NCBI GenBank assembly: GCA_038087875.1
Contig: CM075994.1
Coordinates: forward strand, 1,490,001 to 1,554,000
DNA from: Malacoraja senta
Lineage: Eukaryota
Reading direction: 5' to 3'
Length of the DNA stretch: 64,000 bases
Shown here: positions 39,597 through 51,484 of the stretch, piece by piece
Layout of the letters: every line of letters begins with the position of its first letter
How positions within the stretch are numbered: position 1 is the first letter of the stretch
Program-made: the position numbers and the translations under genes
Notes under the pieces: generated by a model
Told to the model about the DNA's origin: nothing
Database searches by the model: none
The model's input: only the letters and a program-made list of their open reading frames with translations

Positions 39597-40638
39597 ATGT
39601 TACAAAATTTTGAGATTTAAAAAATAAAGTCTGCAATTTATCCCATCAGATAAAGCATAAAAAGAAGTTTAATTTGACACCTAATTCACTTTCATATCTT
39701 CAGTATTAAAAAAGTTATGGCTATTTTCATACTCGGAAATTAGCATCTTGTTCCCTATTGCTTTTCCATTGACTTAACACAAAAGCTGTGATCGAGGACA
39801 GTCAAAAGCCCATAACTTTCTTAAAAATTAAGAGAACTGAAAGAAATTTTCAGTTATTATAGATTGAAGCATTCTGAAACAAATATGAAACAATCTTACT
39901 TAAGAAGACATGAAATTAAAGCATATAATTAGTTAGTTACCTAATTGTAGCTAATTACAAAATTCAATTACTAGATCTAAACATCTATCAATTTCTTAAG
40001 AATAGATTAACATTTTTAAATAGCCTAAGTGTCCAAATAACATTCACACAAGAATTCACAATATAACGTCATTTTTAAATCTCATTGTCATGGATTTACA
40101 GGCCAAATGGAAGGAATTGAATGTTTAATACCTGTAAATTAATGGCCATTTAAATCATTTTGCGAGTGAGGATTTCTGGAACACAATCATTTGGAACGTT
40201 CATTTGCGGTGAATTTAACCCCGTATCGGCATGAAAAATTTTGCCGTTAATTCGGGGAATAAAATCACCGTTTCGCGTGAAAAAATGTGAATTAAAGGCT
40301 TCTTAAGAAGCACTTTTATACATTAAAATAAACCACTTTCGTTTACCTGTCCCGTACGTGAAATCCGTCCCCGTTGTCGGCGTTGACGGCTTCAGAAGCT
40401 GATTTTAAAATGACTCCAGCGCTGACATTGTCGATTTAATAAAAATAAAAAATACACAAAACGCCCCTAGGAACGATTTTTCAGCAAACGCTTGTACTCC
40501 AACGAAATATAATTCAGGACAAGGTAGGAGAAACCCGCGTTTTAACCCCGCCCCCCCCCCCCTTAAAGGCGCCAAAATCGCGCGCACGGCCAGTGGCAGA
40601 ATTACAGCGCCGCTGAGGGTAAGTATTGTAACATACCT
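39597..40638. mobile_element. Non-autonomous DNA-transposon-like insertion
   Basis: Terminal inverted match ATGTTACAA (39597) / TTGTAACAT (40626-40634). It splits a short repeat (..AAGACAATACATGA | ATGATTACAATC..) whose junction is contiguous at ~60673-60695. Confidence 0.55.
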
Positions 40639-41624
40639 AATGATTACAATCAAGCCTTCCACAGTGTACAGATACAGGATAAAGGGAATAACGTTTAGTG
40701 CAAAATAAAGTCCAGTAAAGTCCAATTAAAGATAGTCCATGTGTCTCCAATGAGGTAGATGAGAGGTCAGGGCCAATCTCTAGTTGGTAATAGGATGTTT
40801 CAGTTGCCTGATAACAGTTGGGAAGAAACTGTCCCTGAGTCTGGTGATGTGCGTTTTCACACTTCCATACCTCTTGCCTGATGGGAGCTGGGATAAGAGG
40901 GGGTGAAGCAGGGTGAATTGCATGAACCTGGTTTCCAATAGATGTGTTTTGGCAAAATACCTAAAAGGAAATAATAAGTATGAAGTAAAAAAAAAAAAGA
41001 CAAAGTGCTGGAGTAACTCAGCAGTCAGGTAGCATCTCTGGAGAACAGGTGACATTTTGGGTCAGGACACTTCTTCAAATGTCACCTATCTGCTGCCTGA
41101 CCTGCTGAGTTACTCCAGGACTTTGTGTCCTTTTGTGTAAACCAGCAACTGCAGTTCCTTATTTCTACATAAATGTGAAGTAATTTAGTTTCAAATCCCA
41201 CTTGAGAAAAGTTTACGGAAATACGTTCTGTATATTAACGCAATCCACTATTTATCTTGAAGTAAATATTGTGGCTCTGGATGGTTTAGAAAATATTCTT
41301 GTCCATTTGATAACTTGTTAAATTGTGATGTTCTTTAAAACAAATTATTCTGGAGATACTGAGTAAAAAATGTATTTAGAAGTGGTTTATCAGATGCATG
41401 CAGTTGCAGCAACTGCAAAACGTGTACTCGAATGACCTAGTTGGTAAATTAATTTGTGTGTTTAAACAGCTGTTGATAATGTGTGTATGCAGATGGATGG
41501 AAACCTCAGACACCAGCACGGGCACGGGCTGAAGTTCATTGCATTACATGTTCCACAGTGACCCATGACTGTACTATCTTCGGCTAAAGAACTTACTGAT
41601 CGATATTTATCTGCTGTCACCCAG

Positions 41625-41757
41625 GGGTTCCAATAAGCGAGGCGAGACTTTTGGAATAAGTCGAATCGGTAGCAAGATTAAAGGAGTATTTAAAAGCACG
41701 ACGATGGAAGGAGCCATGTTGCCTAATTACGGAGTGCGGGAAGACGATGATGATTCT
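41625..41757 (+). CDS. SNX14: Sorting nexin 14 exon (RGS-PX linker)
   Basis: AG/GT-bounded; GSNKRGETFGISRIGSKIKGVFKSTTMEGAMLPNYGVREDDDDS matches vertebrate SNX14 as I recall it. Confidence 0.9.
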
Positions 41758-42524
41758 GTGAGTAATGCTGGGTCGTTGGCATCTGATGCTGAAACTGTTT
41801 CGGAGATACAGCGTGGAAACCAGCCCTTCGACCCACCGAGTCCGCGCCATCCAGCAATCACCCGTTCACTAGTTCTATCCATGAGGGACAATTTGCAAAA
41901 GACAATTGGAATGTGGGATGAACCCACATAGTCACGGAGAAAAACCCACATAGTCACGGGGAGAACGTACAAACTATGTACAGGCAGCACCCATAGTCAA
42001 GATCGATCCTGGGTCTTTGGCGTTGTAAAGCAGCAACTCTACCGCTGCGCCATTGTGCTGCTCATTTTTCAGGTTTTATTTGTGCATTTTGGTATTTCTA
42101 AACTAAACAAAGAGAAGAAATACTTTATAGTAAATACACACATGCTTTATAGTAAATACCCACATGATATTGTCAAATAGAAACGTACTGTGGCTTCCCA
42201 CGTTCAAAAGATAATGATATCATATGCTATTAAAATGGATTTGATTCCCGAATGGATCTGACGCCATGTGCAAATGTATAATCATTGATACTGTAATTTG
42301 TATTGAAGTTGTAGTGTTAGTGTTCAACTGTTATTGGAAATCCAAATATTCTCCGATCTAAAAAGTAGAAGTTGTCAAACCTCTCTCCTCTAGAGGGCTC
42401 TCCCGCACAAGTGTTCCTCCTTGGTGTTCCTCTGCCATGATAAGCTTTCTTTAACATTGCTTGTGTGATAATATTGTTTTCTTTATCGCAGCAAAGGGTT
42501 TATACCTCTTACTGACGCCATCAG

Positions 42525-43258
42525 GGGCCGCCGCACAATGGCAGCCTCGCCAACGGTCTGTCTGTCTTTTCGTCTTTTTATTGTTATTTGTAGTGTGTTT
42601 TAAAAGTTTGTGTTATTGTTCTTAGGTTTGTTTTATGAGGGCGTTGGGAGAAACATTTTTTCAATCTCTTACCTTGCTGGAGATGCGATTGTTTTCCGGA
42701 TCGTATCTCCGCTCGCTCTGCGGCCTAACATCATGGAGCTGGAGGCCTTGCTCTGGACTGACTTTGAGCCCCACCGTGGGGTCGTGGACTTGCCATCGGA
42801 GCCGATCCCTTGACTGGGATAGACACTCCAACCGCGGCCTGCGGATTTCACCATCGAGGAACTCGCAGTCTCGGGTAGAGACCGATGTCGGGAAGCTCCA
42901 AACGACGCAGAAGGTTTCGACCAGCCCCGACCCAGGGGAGATTATCTTCCCCCCAATGCAGGAGCTTGATCGCCCCGAGGCAAAGGCTCAAATGCCACCG
43001 GCTACGGGAGCCAAGATCGGCCCATCAACGGAAGGCTCAAGGCCCCTGACCGCGGGAGACCAAAGAAAGGAAGAGATTTAGCTTTTTTTTGCCTTCCATC
43101 ACAGTGAGGAATGTGGAGGAGTCACTGTGGTGGGTGTTTATGTTAAAATGTATTTTGTGTGTTCTGTTGCTTTTTATTGGTATGACTGTCTCGCAAATCA
43201 AATTCCTCGTATGTTGCAAAACATACTTAGCTAATTAAGTATGATTATGATGATGATT
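42525..43258 (+). mobile_element. GC-rich non-coding interspersed element related to 21872-22565
   Basis: Shares 5' and 3' blocks with 21872-22565 and ends in a (TGA/TGATTA)n tail. Confidence 0.6.
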
Positions 43259-44458
43259 TGCTTCTCTAATTTCCTTCTAAAGGTCTGGACTCCAGGGATA
43301 AGATTGCACTGACCTGTAGATCCCTCCCTGGTTCCATGCATGTGCTAAAACAGGGATGGATGGCTGTATATTCCACAGGAGTGAGGGTAACACAGAGCCT
43401 GGCCTGAAACCTACTGGTCACTTCCCAGAAATGCCATGAATAGCCATATTGAGCATGAACTTGTGCTGACCTTTCTTTCATTTCAAGATCCGGTACCTTT
43501 GATGTCACCTGTATAACTCATTCATACTTGCTTGGAAAATTCTCTTGAACAGCATATCATAACCTGTTGAACCAGTGGGAAGCCGCAGTACATTTCTATT
43601 CAGCAATATTATGTATATTTGAATGTGGTTATTTGCCATGAATCATTTCATCTTTGTTTATTTTTAGTTTTGGTGATGCAATGTGGAAACAGGCCCTTCA
43701 GCCCACGGAGTCCGTGGCGACCAACGATCACCCACACGCCAGTTCTATCCTACACACTGGGGGCAATTTACCCACAAACCTGTGCGTATTTGGAATATGG
43801 GAGGAAACGGGGGCACCCAGAGAAAACCCATGTGGTCACAGGGCAAACGTACAAACTCTGTACAGACAGCACCCGAGGTCGGGATCGAACCTGTGTCTGG
43901 CACTGTAAGGCAGCAACTTTACTGCTGTAACACCATGCCGTTTAGTTTAGAGATACAATTTGGAAACAGGCCCTTTGTCTCACCAAGTCCACGCTGACCA
44001 TCAATCACCCATTCACACTAGTTCTATGTTATCCCACTTTCTCATCCACTCACTGCACATTATGGGGCATTTTTTACTGAAACCAATTAACCATCTTTTG
44101 GATGTGGGAGGAAATGGGAGCACCCAGAGAAAATCCAGGGGAAATCCAAAATTACAGGGAGAACATGCAAACTCCACACAGACGGCACCCAGTGTAGGGA
44201 TCAAACCTACGTCTCTGGTGGCAGCTGTGCCACACTTTTATAATTTCCTAACTTCTGCCATGATATCACAATGTTCGTATTTTCTAGGAGCTAAATTGAC
44301 CATTTGTCCCATCAAGTCAATCATGACTGCTCTATCTTTCCCTGTCAACCCCGTTCTCCGGATATTTACCCGGCATGTTTTTGATGTGGACGTTGATATT
44401 TGGTGGTGATTGTGCCCCAGTGAATGATTGACACTTCCTTCATCCCTCTCGGTTGCAG

Positions 44459-44642
44459 GTGGAAGAGGCAACAGTGGTGTCAGAGGACGATTTACTGGAA
44501 GAACTGGCAATAACTCCCAACGCTCACCGCAACCTCTCTGAATGGAAAATAACCATTCCATATGTAGACTTTTTCTTTGACAACAAAAAAGAGAAAGTTC
44601 CAGTCTTCTGTATCGATGTTGAACGGAATGATGAAGGGTCAG
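44459..44642 (+). CDS. SNX14: Sorting nexin 14 exon (start of PX domain)
   Basis: [56 protein letters not shown]; phase 0 to 1. Confidence 0.92.
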
Positions 44643-45639
44643 GTAAGTTTAGACTTTTTAAACTTTAGAGATACTGCGGAGATACTTCAGCCCACCAAGT
44701 CGGCGCTGACCAGCGATTATCCCGTACACCAGCACTACGCTACACAGGGGTGGTGGGTCTGTACTGGCAAATTGGCAATGATCAGAACAGCCTCACCACC
44801 TTACAATGTGAAACCAGTGAGAACAAATCTCTCGGAGTAACTCAGCGGGTCAGCCAGCATCTCCAGAGAACATGGATAGGTGATGTTTTGGGTCTTTCCA
44901 TGTTCTCCACAGATGGTGTCTGACCCGCTGAGTTACTCTGGCACTTGGAGTCTTTTTTTGTAAACCAGCATTTGCAGTTCCTTGCATCTACAACAAATTT
45001 TCTGGTTGGTTCACAGTGACAGACTTTCAATTGTACATAATAAAACCTTTTGACAGAAACTTAATTTAATAGGATAGAGGATTTGGAATGGAGTGAATTT
45101 GCTGACTGCACTGTTGCAATTATTATAATCGAACTGCGGCCCTGATCATAAATTAGTCTTGGGGGAGCAACCAGAATTGGAATAGAGCTGAAGAGGAATA
45201 TAGACCAGTGAAGCACAGGAACAGGCCCTTCGTCCACAATATCTGTGCCACACATGATGCCAAGACTTTAGACGTGAGAGACACAGCATGGAAACAGTTC
45301 CCCTAGCCCAACAAGTCTGCACCAACCAGCGATCACCCCGTACACTAGATCTATCCTACACACTAGGGACAATTTTACGGAAGCCAATTAACCTATAAAC
45401 CTGTATTAGGAGTGTGGAAGAAAACCCTCGCGGTCACAGGGAGAACATACAAACTCCATACAGACAGCACCCATAGTCAGGATCGAACCTGGGTCTCTGG
45501 CGCAGTAAGGCAGCAACTCTTCTGCGGCGCCACCATGGCTGAAGACCAATTCTTCAGGAAGTAGAACAAAATGCTGGCTTACACAAAAGAACAAAATGCT
45601 AGGGTAACTCAGTGTGTCAGGCAGCACCTGTAGAGACAA

Positions 45640-46390
45640 TAGGCATAGGAGTAGGGCATTCGGCCATTCGAGCCAGCTCAGCGCTCATGGCTGATCATCC
45701 ACAATCAGTACCTCGTTCCTGCCTTCTCCCCATATCCCTTGACTCCGCTATCTTTAAGAACTCCATCTAACTCTCTTGAAAGTATCCAGAGAATCGGCCT
45801 CCACTGCCTTCTGAGGCAGAGAATTCCACAGATTCACAACTCTCTGGGTGAAAATGTTTTTCCTCATCTCCATTCTAAATAGCTTGCCCCTTATTCTTAA
45901 ACTGTAGCCCCTGGTTCTGCACTCCTCCAACATCGGGAACATGTTTCCCGCCTCTAGCGAGTCCAATCCCTTAATAATCTTATAGGTTTCAATAAGATTC
46001 CCTCTCATCCTTCTAGATTCCAGTGTATACAAGCCCAGTCGCTCCATTCTTTCAACATATGACAGTTCAGCCATCCCGGGAATTAACCTCGTGAACCTAC
46101 GCTGTACTCCCTCAATAGCAAGAATATCCTTCCTCAAATTTGGAGACCAAAACTGCACACAATACTCCAGGTGTGGTCTCACCAGGGCCCTGTACAACTG
46201 CGGAAGGACCTCTTTGCTCCTATACTCAACTCCTCTTTTTACAAAGGCCAATATGCCATTAGCTTTCTTCACTGCCTGCTGTACCTGTATGCTTACTTTC
46301 AGTGACTGATGTACAAGGACACCCAGGTCCCGTTGTACTTCCCCTTTTCCTAACTTGACACCATTCAGATAATCTGCCTTCCTGTTCATG
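45640..46390 (-). mobile_element. CR1 3' fragment in an snx14 intron
   Basis: ORF 45754-46464 contains LYRALVRPHLEYCVQFWSP.. Confidence 0.92.
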
Positions 46391-46572
46391 CCGTAGATTA
46401 ACGTAGATAGGTGACGTATTGGGTCGAGACCCTTCTTCAGACAGGAAGTGATGAAGCTGTACATCCGTGACCTTTTTGCTCGATCTCCGGTGTCAATGAA
46501 GCAGCTTTAATTATATCCACAAGAATTTGAATGAACTTATTGGTGGACACTGCCTTTCTTTTTTATTTTCAG

Positions 46573-46656
46573 AGGGACGTGAAAGTGAACGTTGCTCTGT
46601 TTACCGGAGATATTTTGAATTCTACGTCCTGGAGTCCAAGCTGACAGAGTTTCATG
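46573..46656 (+). CDS. SNX14: Sorting nexin 14 exon (PX domain)
   Basis: AG/GT; (E)[27 protein letters not shown]; phase 1 to 1; PX RRY motif. Confidence 0.93.
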
Positions 46657-47398
46657 GTAAAGTGTGGTAGAGCATTTAATGAGTCCAATCAGTAACTTCA
46701 CTCGCGAGTTCAAAAGAGTACAGTATGAATGTCTTGCTAATATCAGTGTAAATATGTAATCTGCTTCATAATTGCATCCAGTTTCTGAGGTAGCGATTCC
46801 CATGTTTGGTTAAATCTGCGCATGCTGCTATCTCACCTTAAAATCTGCGATGATGGTCGCCTGTTCCTCAAGAAAGTATGTTGGGAAACTTGCTATATTT
46901 GCAGGTTCACGAATCGGAGGAAAAGGCACCACAGGAATTTAACACCGAGAATGTTAGCAAGGCTGCAATTTATTTCCCCCGGATTTAAAAATGTGGTGGA
47001 GTTACGTTAAGTGTGTTTAATTGTCATAGGTACCAGCACAATGAAAATCTTACTTGCAGCAGCTTAAAGGGCCTGAGAATGCAATACGCACAGACAAATA
47101 AAATTAGTTTAGTTTGCAGATACAGCATGGAAAAAGGGCCTTCAGCCCACCAAAATTTAATTTGTAGCAGCTTAGCAACTGACTCTGAATCAGATGTTGA
47201 CTGAAAATGTAGACTGAAAATGCTCAGTATATTTTATTTCACATGTGCACTTAGTTGATGTGCTTAAAGATTTGTCTCTGATGGGTTCATTTCTAATGGG
47301 CAACGCACAAATTCTTCCATTTCGCTAACGTTTCAGGTCGAAAGCTATAAAGATGCACAAGTGTGTGTGCCTCATTTATTTTGTTTGTGTGTTATTAG

Positions 47399-47499
47399 GA
47401 TCTTTCCCAGATGCACAGCTTCCTTCAAAGAGACTCATTGGACCCAAGAACTGTGAATTTTTGAAATCCAAGCGAGAGGAGTTTCAAGAATATCTGCAG
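47399..47499 (+). CDS. SNX14: Sorting nexin 14 exon (PX domain)
   Basis: AG/GT; (G)[33 protein letters not shown]; phase 1 to 0. Confidence 0.93.
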
Positions 47500-49095
47500 G
47501 TATGTCCAGAATAACTTGCACTTACCTTACAAAGTGCTAACAGGTGCTCCAGTTTCCTCCCACACCCCCAAAGACATGCAAGTTTGTAGGTTAGTTGACC
47601 TCTGTAAATTTCCCCCTAATGTGTAGGGAGTGGATAACATAGAACTAATGTGAATCAATGGTTAGTGTGGATCTCTAAGCCGAAGAGTCATTTGATCATG
47701 GTTAATCTATTTTTCCCTCTCAACTCCATTGTACTGCCTTCTCCCCATAACCTTTGACATCCTTACTGATCAAGAACCTTTCAATCTCTGCTTTAAAAAT
47801 ATCCATTTACTCAGCCTCCACCACAGTGGCAATGAATTCCACCGATTCACCATCCTCTGGCTAAAAAAAATCCTCCCCTTCTCCACTGTGAATGCGCGTC
47901 CTTTTATTCTGAGGCTGTGCCCTCTGGTCCTAGACTCTCCCACTACTGGAAACATCCTCTCCACGTCTACTTTATCTCGGCCTTGTGGTGGGACATCCCT
48001 CTCTGAAGTTGTTGAATAATCTGCCCCCGGAGATGAATTTGCACCTCAGTGGACACTGAAGAGTGTGACCCCATTACAGGAAAGATGTGTAGACTTTGGA
48101 GAGGGTGCAGAGGAGGTTTACCAGCTACCAGGAGCCCACCCCAGCTCCACTGCTGTGCCACCCATACACTTGGAATATTCAACACTCTGCCTCGGGCATC
48201 ATCTGTTCGCCCTGCTTATGCTTTCAGAAATTCTGTTATTCCCTCAACCCTTCTTGCCTTGTCATCTCTCTCTTCCAAAAAGGCATTCCCTTGAATACAT
48301 ATACATTGTTTAATGGACTTGTCACTTATCTTTAAGTCCTCCCTTGGCTCCATATCTGATGTCTGATAATGTTCTTGGGAACCACCCTAGGGTGTTTTTC
48401 AGCACTAAGGATGTCATATAAATTAAGTGTTTTATTAATTACCACAAAACAAGCTGGTTGCTTATTTTTATTTGGGCTTTGGACATTGCTCCCTATCTCA
48501 AGAGTGCAGCAAGATAACCAACGGCCAATTCCCCTTCCTAGAGCTCCCTGATAGTGCAATGAATAGCTCTATGTGTAACTATTCTGGGCCATTCTTTCTA
48601 TCTATCATGCACATGGAACTATGCGGTGGGCTCCAAGTACTGTTTGATGGCTAGACATGCATCAGTATTATTCTAAACCCAGCGCAAACCATGGGAGCAT
48701 TGGAAACAAAGCAGGACTCTGGGGTGTGGTGTAGGGCAGAGGATCTACCCCACACCGCAAAAGGATCTGCAAATGCTGGTTTATATCAAAGATAGAGACG
48801 AAGCGCTGGAGTAACTCAGCGAGTTAGGCAGCATCCCTGGTGAAAATGGATAGGTGACGTTTCAGTCGAGATCCTTCGGAGGATATTGTAAGCTGGAAAG
48901 AGTGCAGAGAAATTTCACGAGGGGAAATAGGATAGGATGAATGCACAGTCTTTTATCCAGAGTAGGAGAATCACAAACCAAAGGACGTAGGTTTAAGGTG
49001 AGGGGAGAAAGATTTAATAGGAACCTATGGGGTAACTTTTTCCATGCAGAGCTGCCGCAGAGAGGTAGTTGAGGCAGGTATTATAACAGCATTTA

Positions 49096-49613
49096 CCAAC
49101 TATAAACATGTGGATTTCAAATATGTTCGAAACATTACACCTAGAAGAGATAAGACTCCTCCTGGCAGGTAAACCAGATCACTTCCATCTGACGTGGTCT
49201 GCATTTATAGAATTATTACAAATATAGGGTGCAAAGGTACATTAAAAAAAAAAACTGAGGTCAGGTAAAGGGTGATGATAGTTGGAAAGTTGGTATGTCC
49301 CATTTGCGTAATGCTCATAAAAACTATTTGTTTTTCTCTTTCTCTTTCTCCTTCTTTTCTAGGGTCTATTTCTTAACTGTTTTTCTTTTGTTTTTAATTT
49401 TGTTCTTATAGGGTCTTCGTTCTGTCTTGTTGTTACACTTTCACTTTTTCCTTCACTTTCCTCTTTCTTTCAATCTTATCCTTTCCTTTTACTAGTGTAA
49501 AAAACAAACGGAGTACATTAATTGTAAGAAGATATAAGTGACGAGTACTAATGTATGTGGTTGTAATGTAATGTACTTCTAATAAATAAAAAATTAAAAA
49601 ATTAAATTAAAAA
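49096..49613 (+). mobile_element. L1-like 3' fragment with a 13-bp TSD
   Basis: ORF2-like end (WISNMFETLHLEEIR..WSAF), T-rich 3' UTR, AATAAA and an A-rich tail. TSD ATAACAGCATTTA at 49083-49095 and 49614-49626. Confidence 0.8.
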
Positions 49614-50390
49614 ATAACAGCATTTAAAAGACATTTGGACACGTAGGTGGATAAGAAAGGTTTACAGGGATCTGGACCGAATACAGGCAGGTGGGACTCG
49701 TGTAAATGGGGCAGATTGGTCGGCATGGGTAAGTTGGGCCGAAGGGCTTGTTTCTGTGCTGTATGACTCAGTGGGCCATGCAACCTCTTGGACCTTTGTG
49801 TAGACTTTGAAGATTAGCCAGGGTTTAACTCTCAGCGCAATGCAGAGTAACTGCATCTACCAAACCTTAGTCTACAATCCTTGATGCCTATCTGAAATTC
49901 AGACATTTGGCTGACATGGCGAAGGGAGTTTGACATTTCCAGCAGACATGTGACGAATGCTACTTGACAACATTTTAACGTTGTTAATCTTGTTAATCAC
50001 GGTGGTGCAGCTGGTAGAACTGATGCCTCACAGCACTAGAGACCCGAGCACGGTCCTGCCCTCGGGCGCTGTCTGTGTGGAGATTGCACGTTCTCCCTGT
50101 GACTACGTGGGTTTTCTCTGGGTACTCTGGTTTCCTACCACATCCCAAAGATGTGCAGGTTCGCAGGTTAATTGGCTTCAGTAAAAATGGTAAATTGTGC
50201 CTAGTGTGTGTAGGATAGTGCTAATGTATGGGTGATCTCCGGTTGGCGTGGACTCGGTGGGCCGAAGAGCCTATTTTTGTGCTGTATTTCTAAAGTCAAG
50301 TGAGAAGTGAGACATAGAACTAGTGGGTATAGGTAATCAATGGTTAGTCCGGACTCGGTGTGCCGAAAGGCCTGTGTTCGCGTTGTATCT

Positions 50391-51175
50391 TTTTTTTTTT
50401 TTTTTTAAATAAAAAAATTTTTAACTACCAAATAGTGCAGTCCAGGAGTGAATAAGTAAAAGCCTAAAAAAGAATAAAAAGACAAAAACGAAGAATAATA
50501 AAGAAGAGGAAAAAAAAGGGACCATTACGTGTTGATATACCTGCTTCGTTTCTCACCACACCCATCACCCTGTCTGTGAATCGGTTTACTTCCAGAGTTG
50601 TGTTGCACCATACTATACTTGTAATGAATCAATAAAAGGAGACCATATCTTTAAAAATTGCTCTGATTTTCCTGCTAAGACGAGTCTCATATCTTCAAGA
50701 TGTAGCGTCTCAGACATGCTTGTAATCCACATTTTGAGAGTTGGGTAGAAGCATTTTTCCAAAATTTAAGTATGGTTTTTTGCCATTATCATGCCATAAA
50801 TAAGGAAACGTCTTTGAAATATTGATAGCTCAGCGCAGACTCCGGTTATTCCAAAAATAATCAATTCTGTGTGGGGGTCCAGTTTTGTTTTTAATAATTT
50901 TGAGAAGGTTTCAAAGATTCCTTTTCAAAATTTATGAAGTTTTATACAAGAGGCAAATGAGTGTGTTATAGTTGCTTCTTGAGATAAGCATTTGTCGCAG
51001 ATGGGAGATACATTTGGAAAAATGTTGTTCCGTTTAGTTTTTGAGTAATATAGTCTGTGTAGTATTTTAAATTGGATTAGAATATGTCTTACATTAATCG
51101 AACAATTATGTACATATAAAATATATTTTTCGCATCTAACTTTGGGAATTTTTAAGCTTAATTCCTGTTCCCACT
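50391..51175 (-). mobile_element. L1-like 3' fragment with a 19-bp TSD
   Basis: Minus-strand QFKILHRLYY..PNVSPICDKC..ITHSFASC zinc knuckle and poly(A). TSD CTGTGTTCGCGTTGTATCT at 50372-50390 and 51176-51194. Confidence 0.85.
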
Positions 51176-51372
51176 CTGTGTTCGCGTTGTATCTCTAAAG
51201 TAAAGTGTGGGATGCGAGAGTGAGATAACGTAGAACTAGTGTACAGGTGATCAATGGTCGGCCTGGACTCGGTGGGCTGTTGTCAAGCTGTATCTCTAAA
51301 AAAAAACTTAAACAAACCTGAATGCTGAATTGAATCTGTAATGATGATTTTCTTTTGAATATCTATTACTAG

Positions 51373-51484
51373 AATCTGCTGAAGCACCCAGAGTTAAGCA
51401 ATAGCCAACTCCTAGCAGATTTCCTCTCTCCAGACGGCTGCCAGTCCCAGTTTCTGGAGAAAATCCTGCCGGACGTAAATCTAG
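51373..51484 (+). CDS. SNX14: Sorting nexin 14 exon (end of PX domain)
   Basis: [41 protein letters not shown]; phase 0 to 1. Confidence 0.93.

Noticed and set aside
41493..41525. Possible snx14 microexon after ..TATGCAG
   Set aside because: No GT donor in the required phase and no similarity to SNX14 that I recognise.
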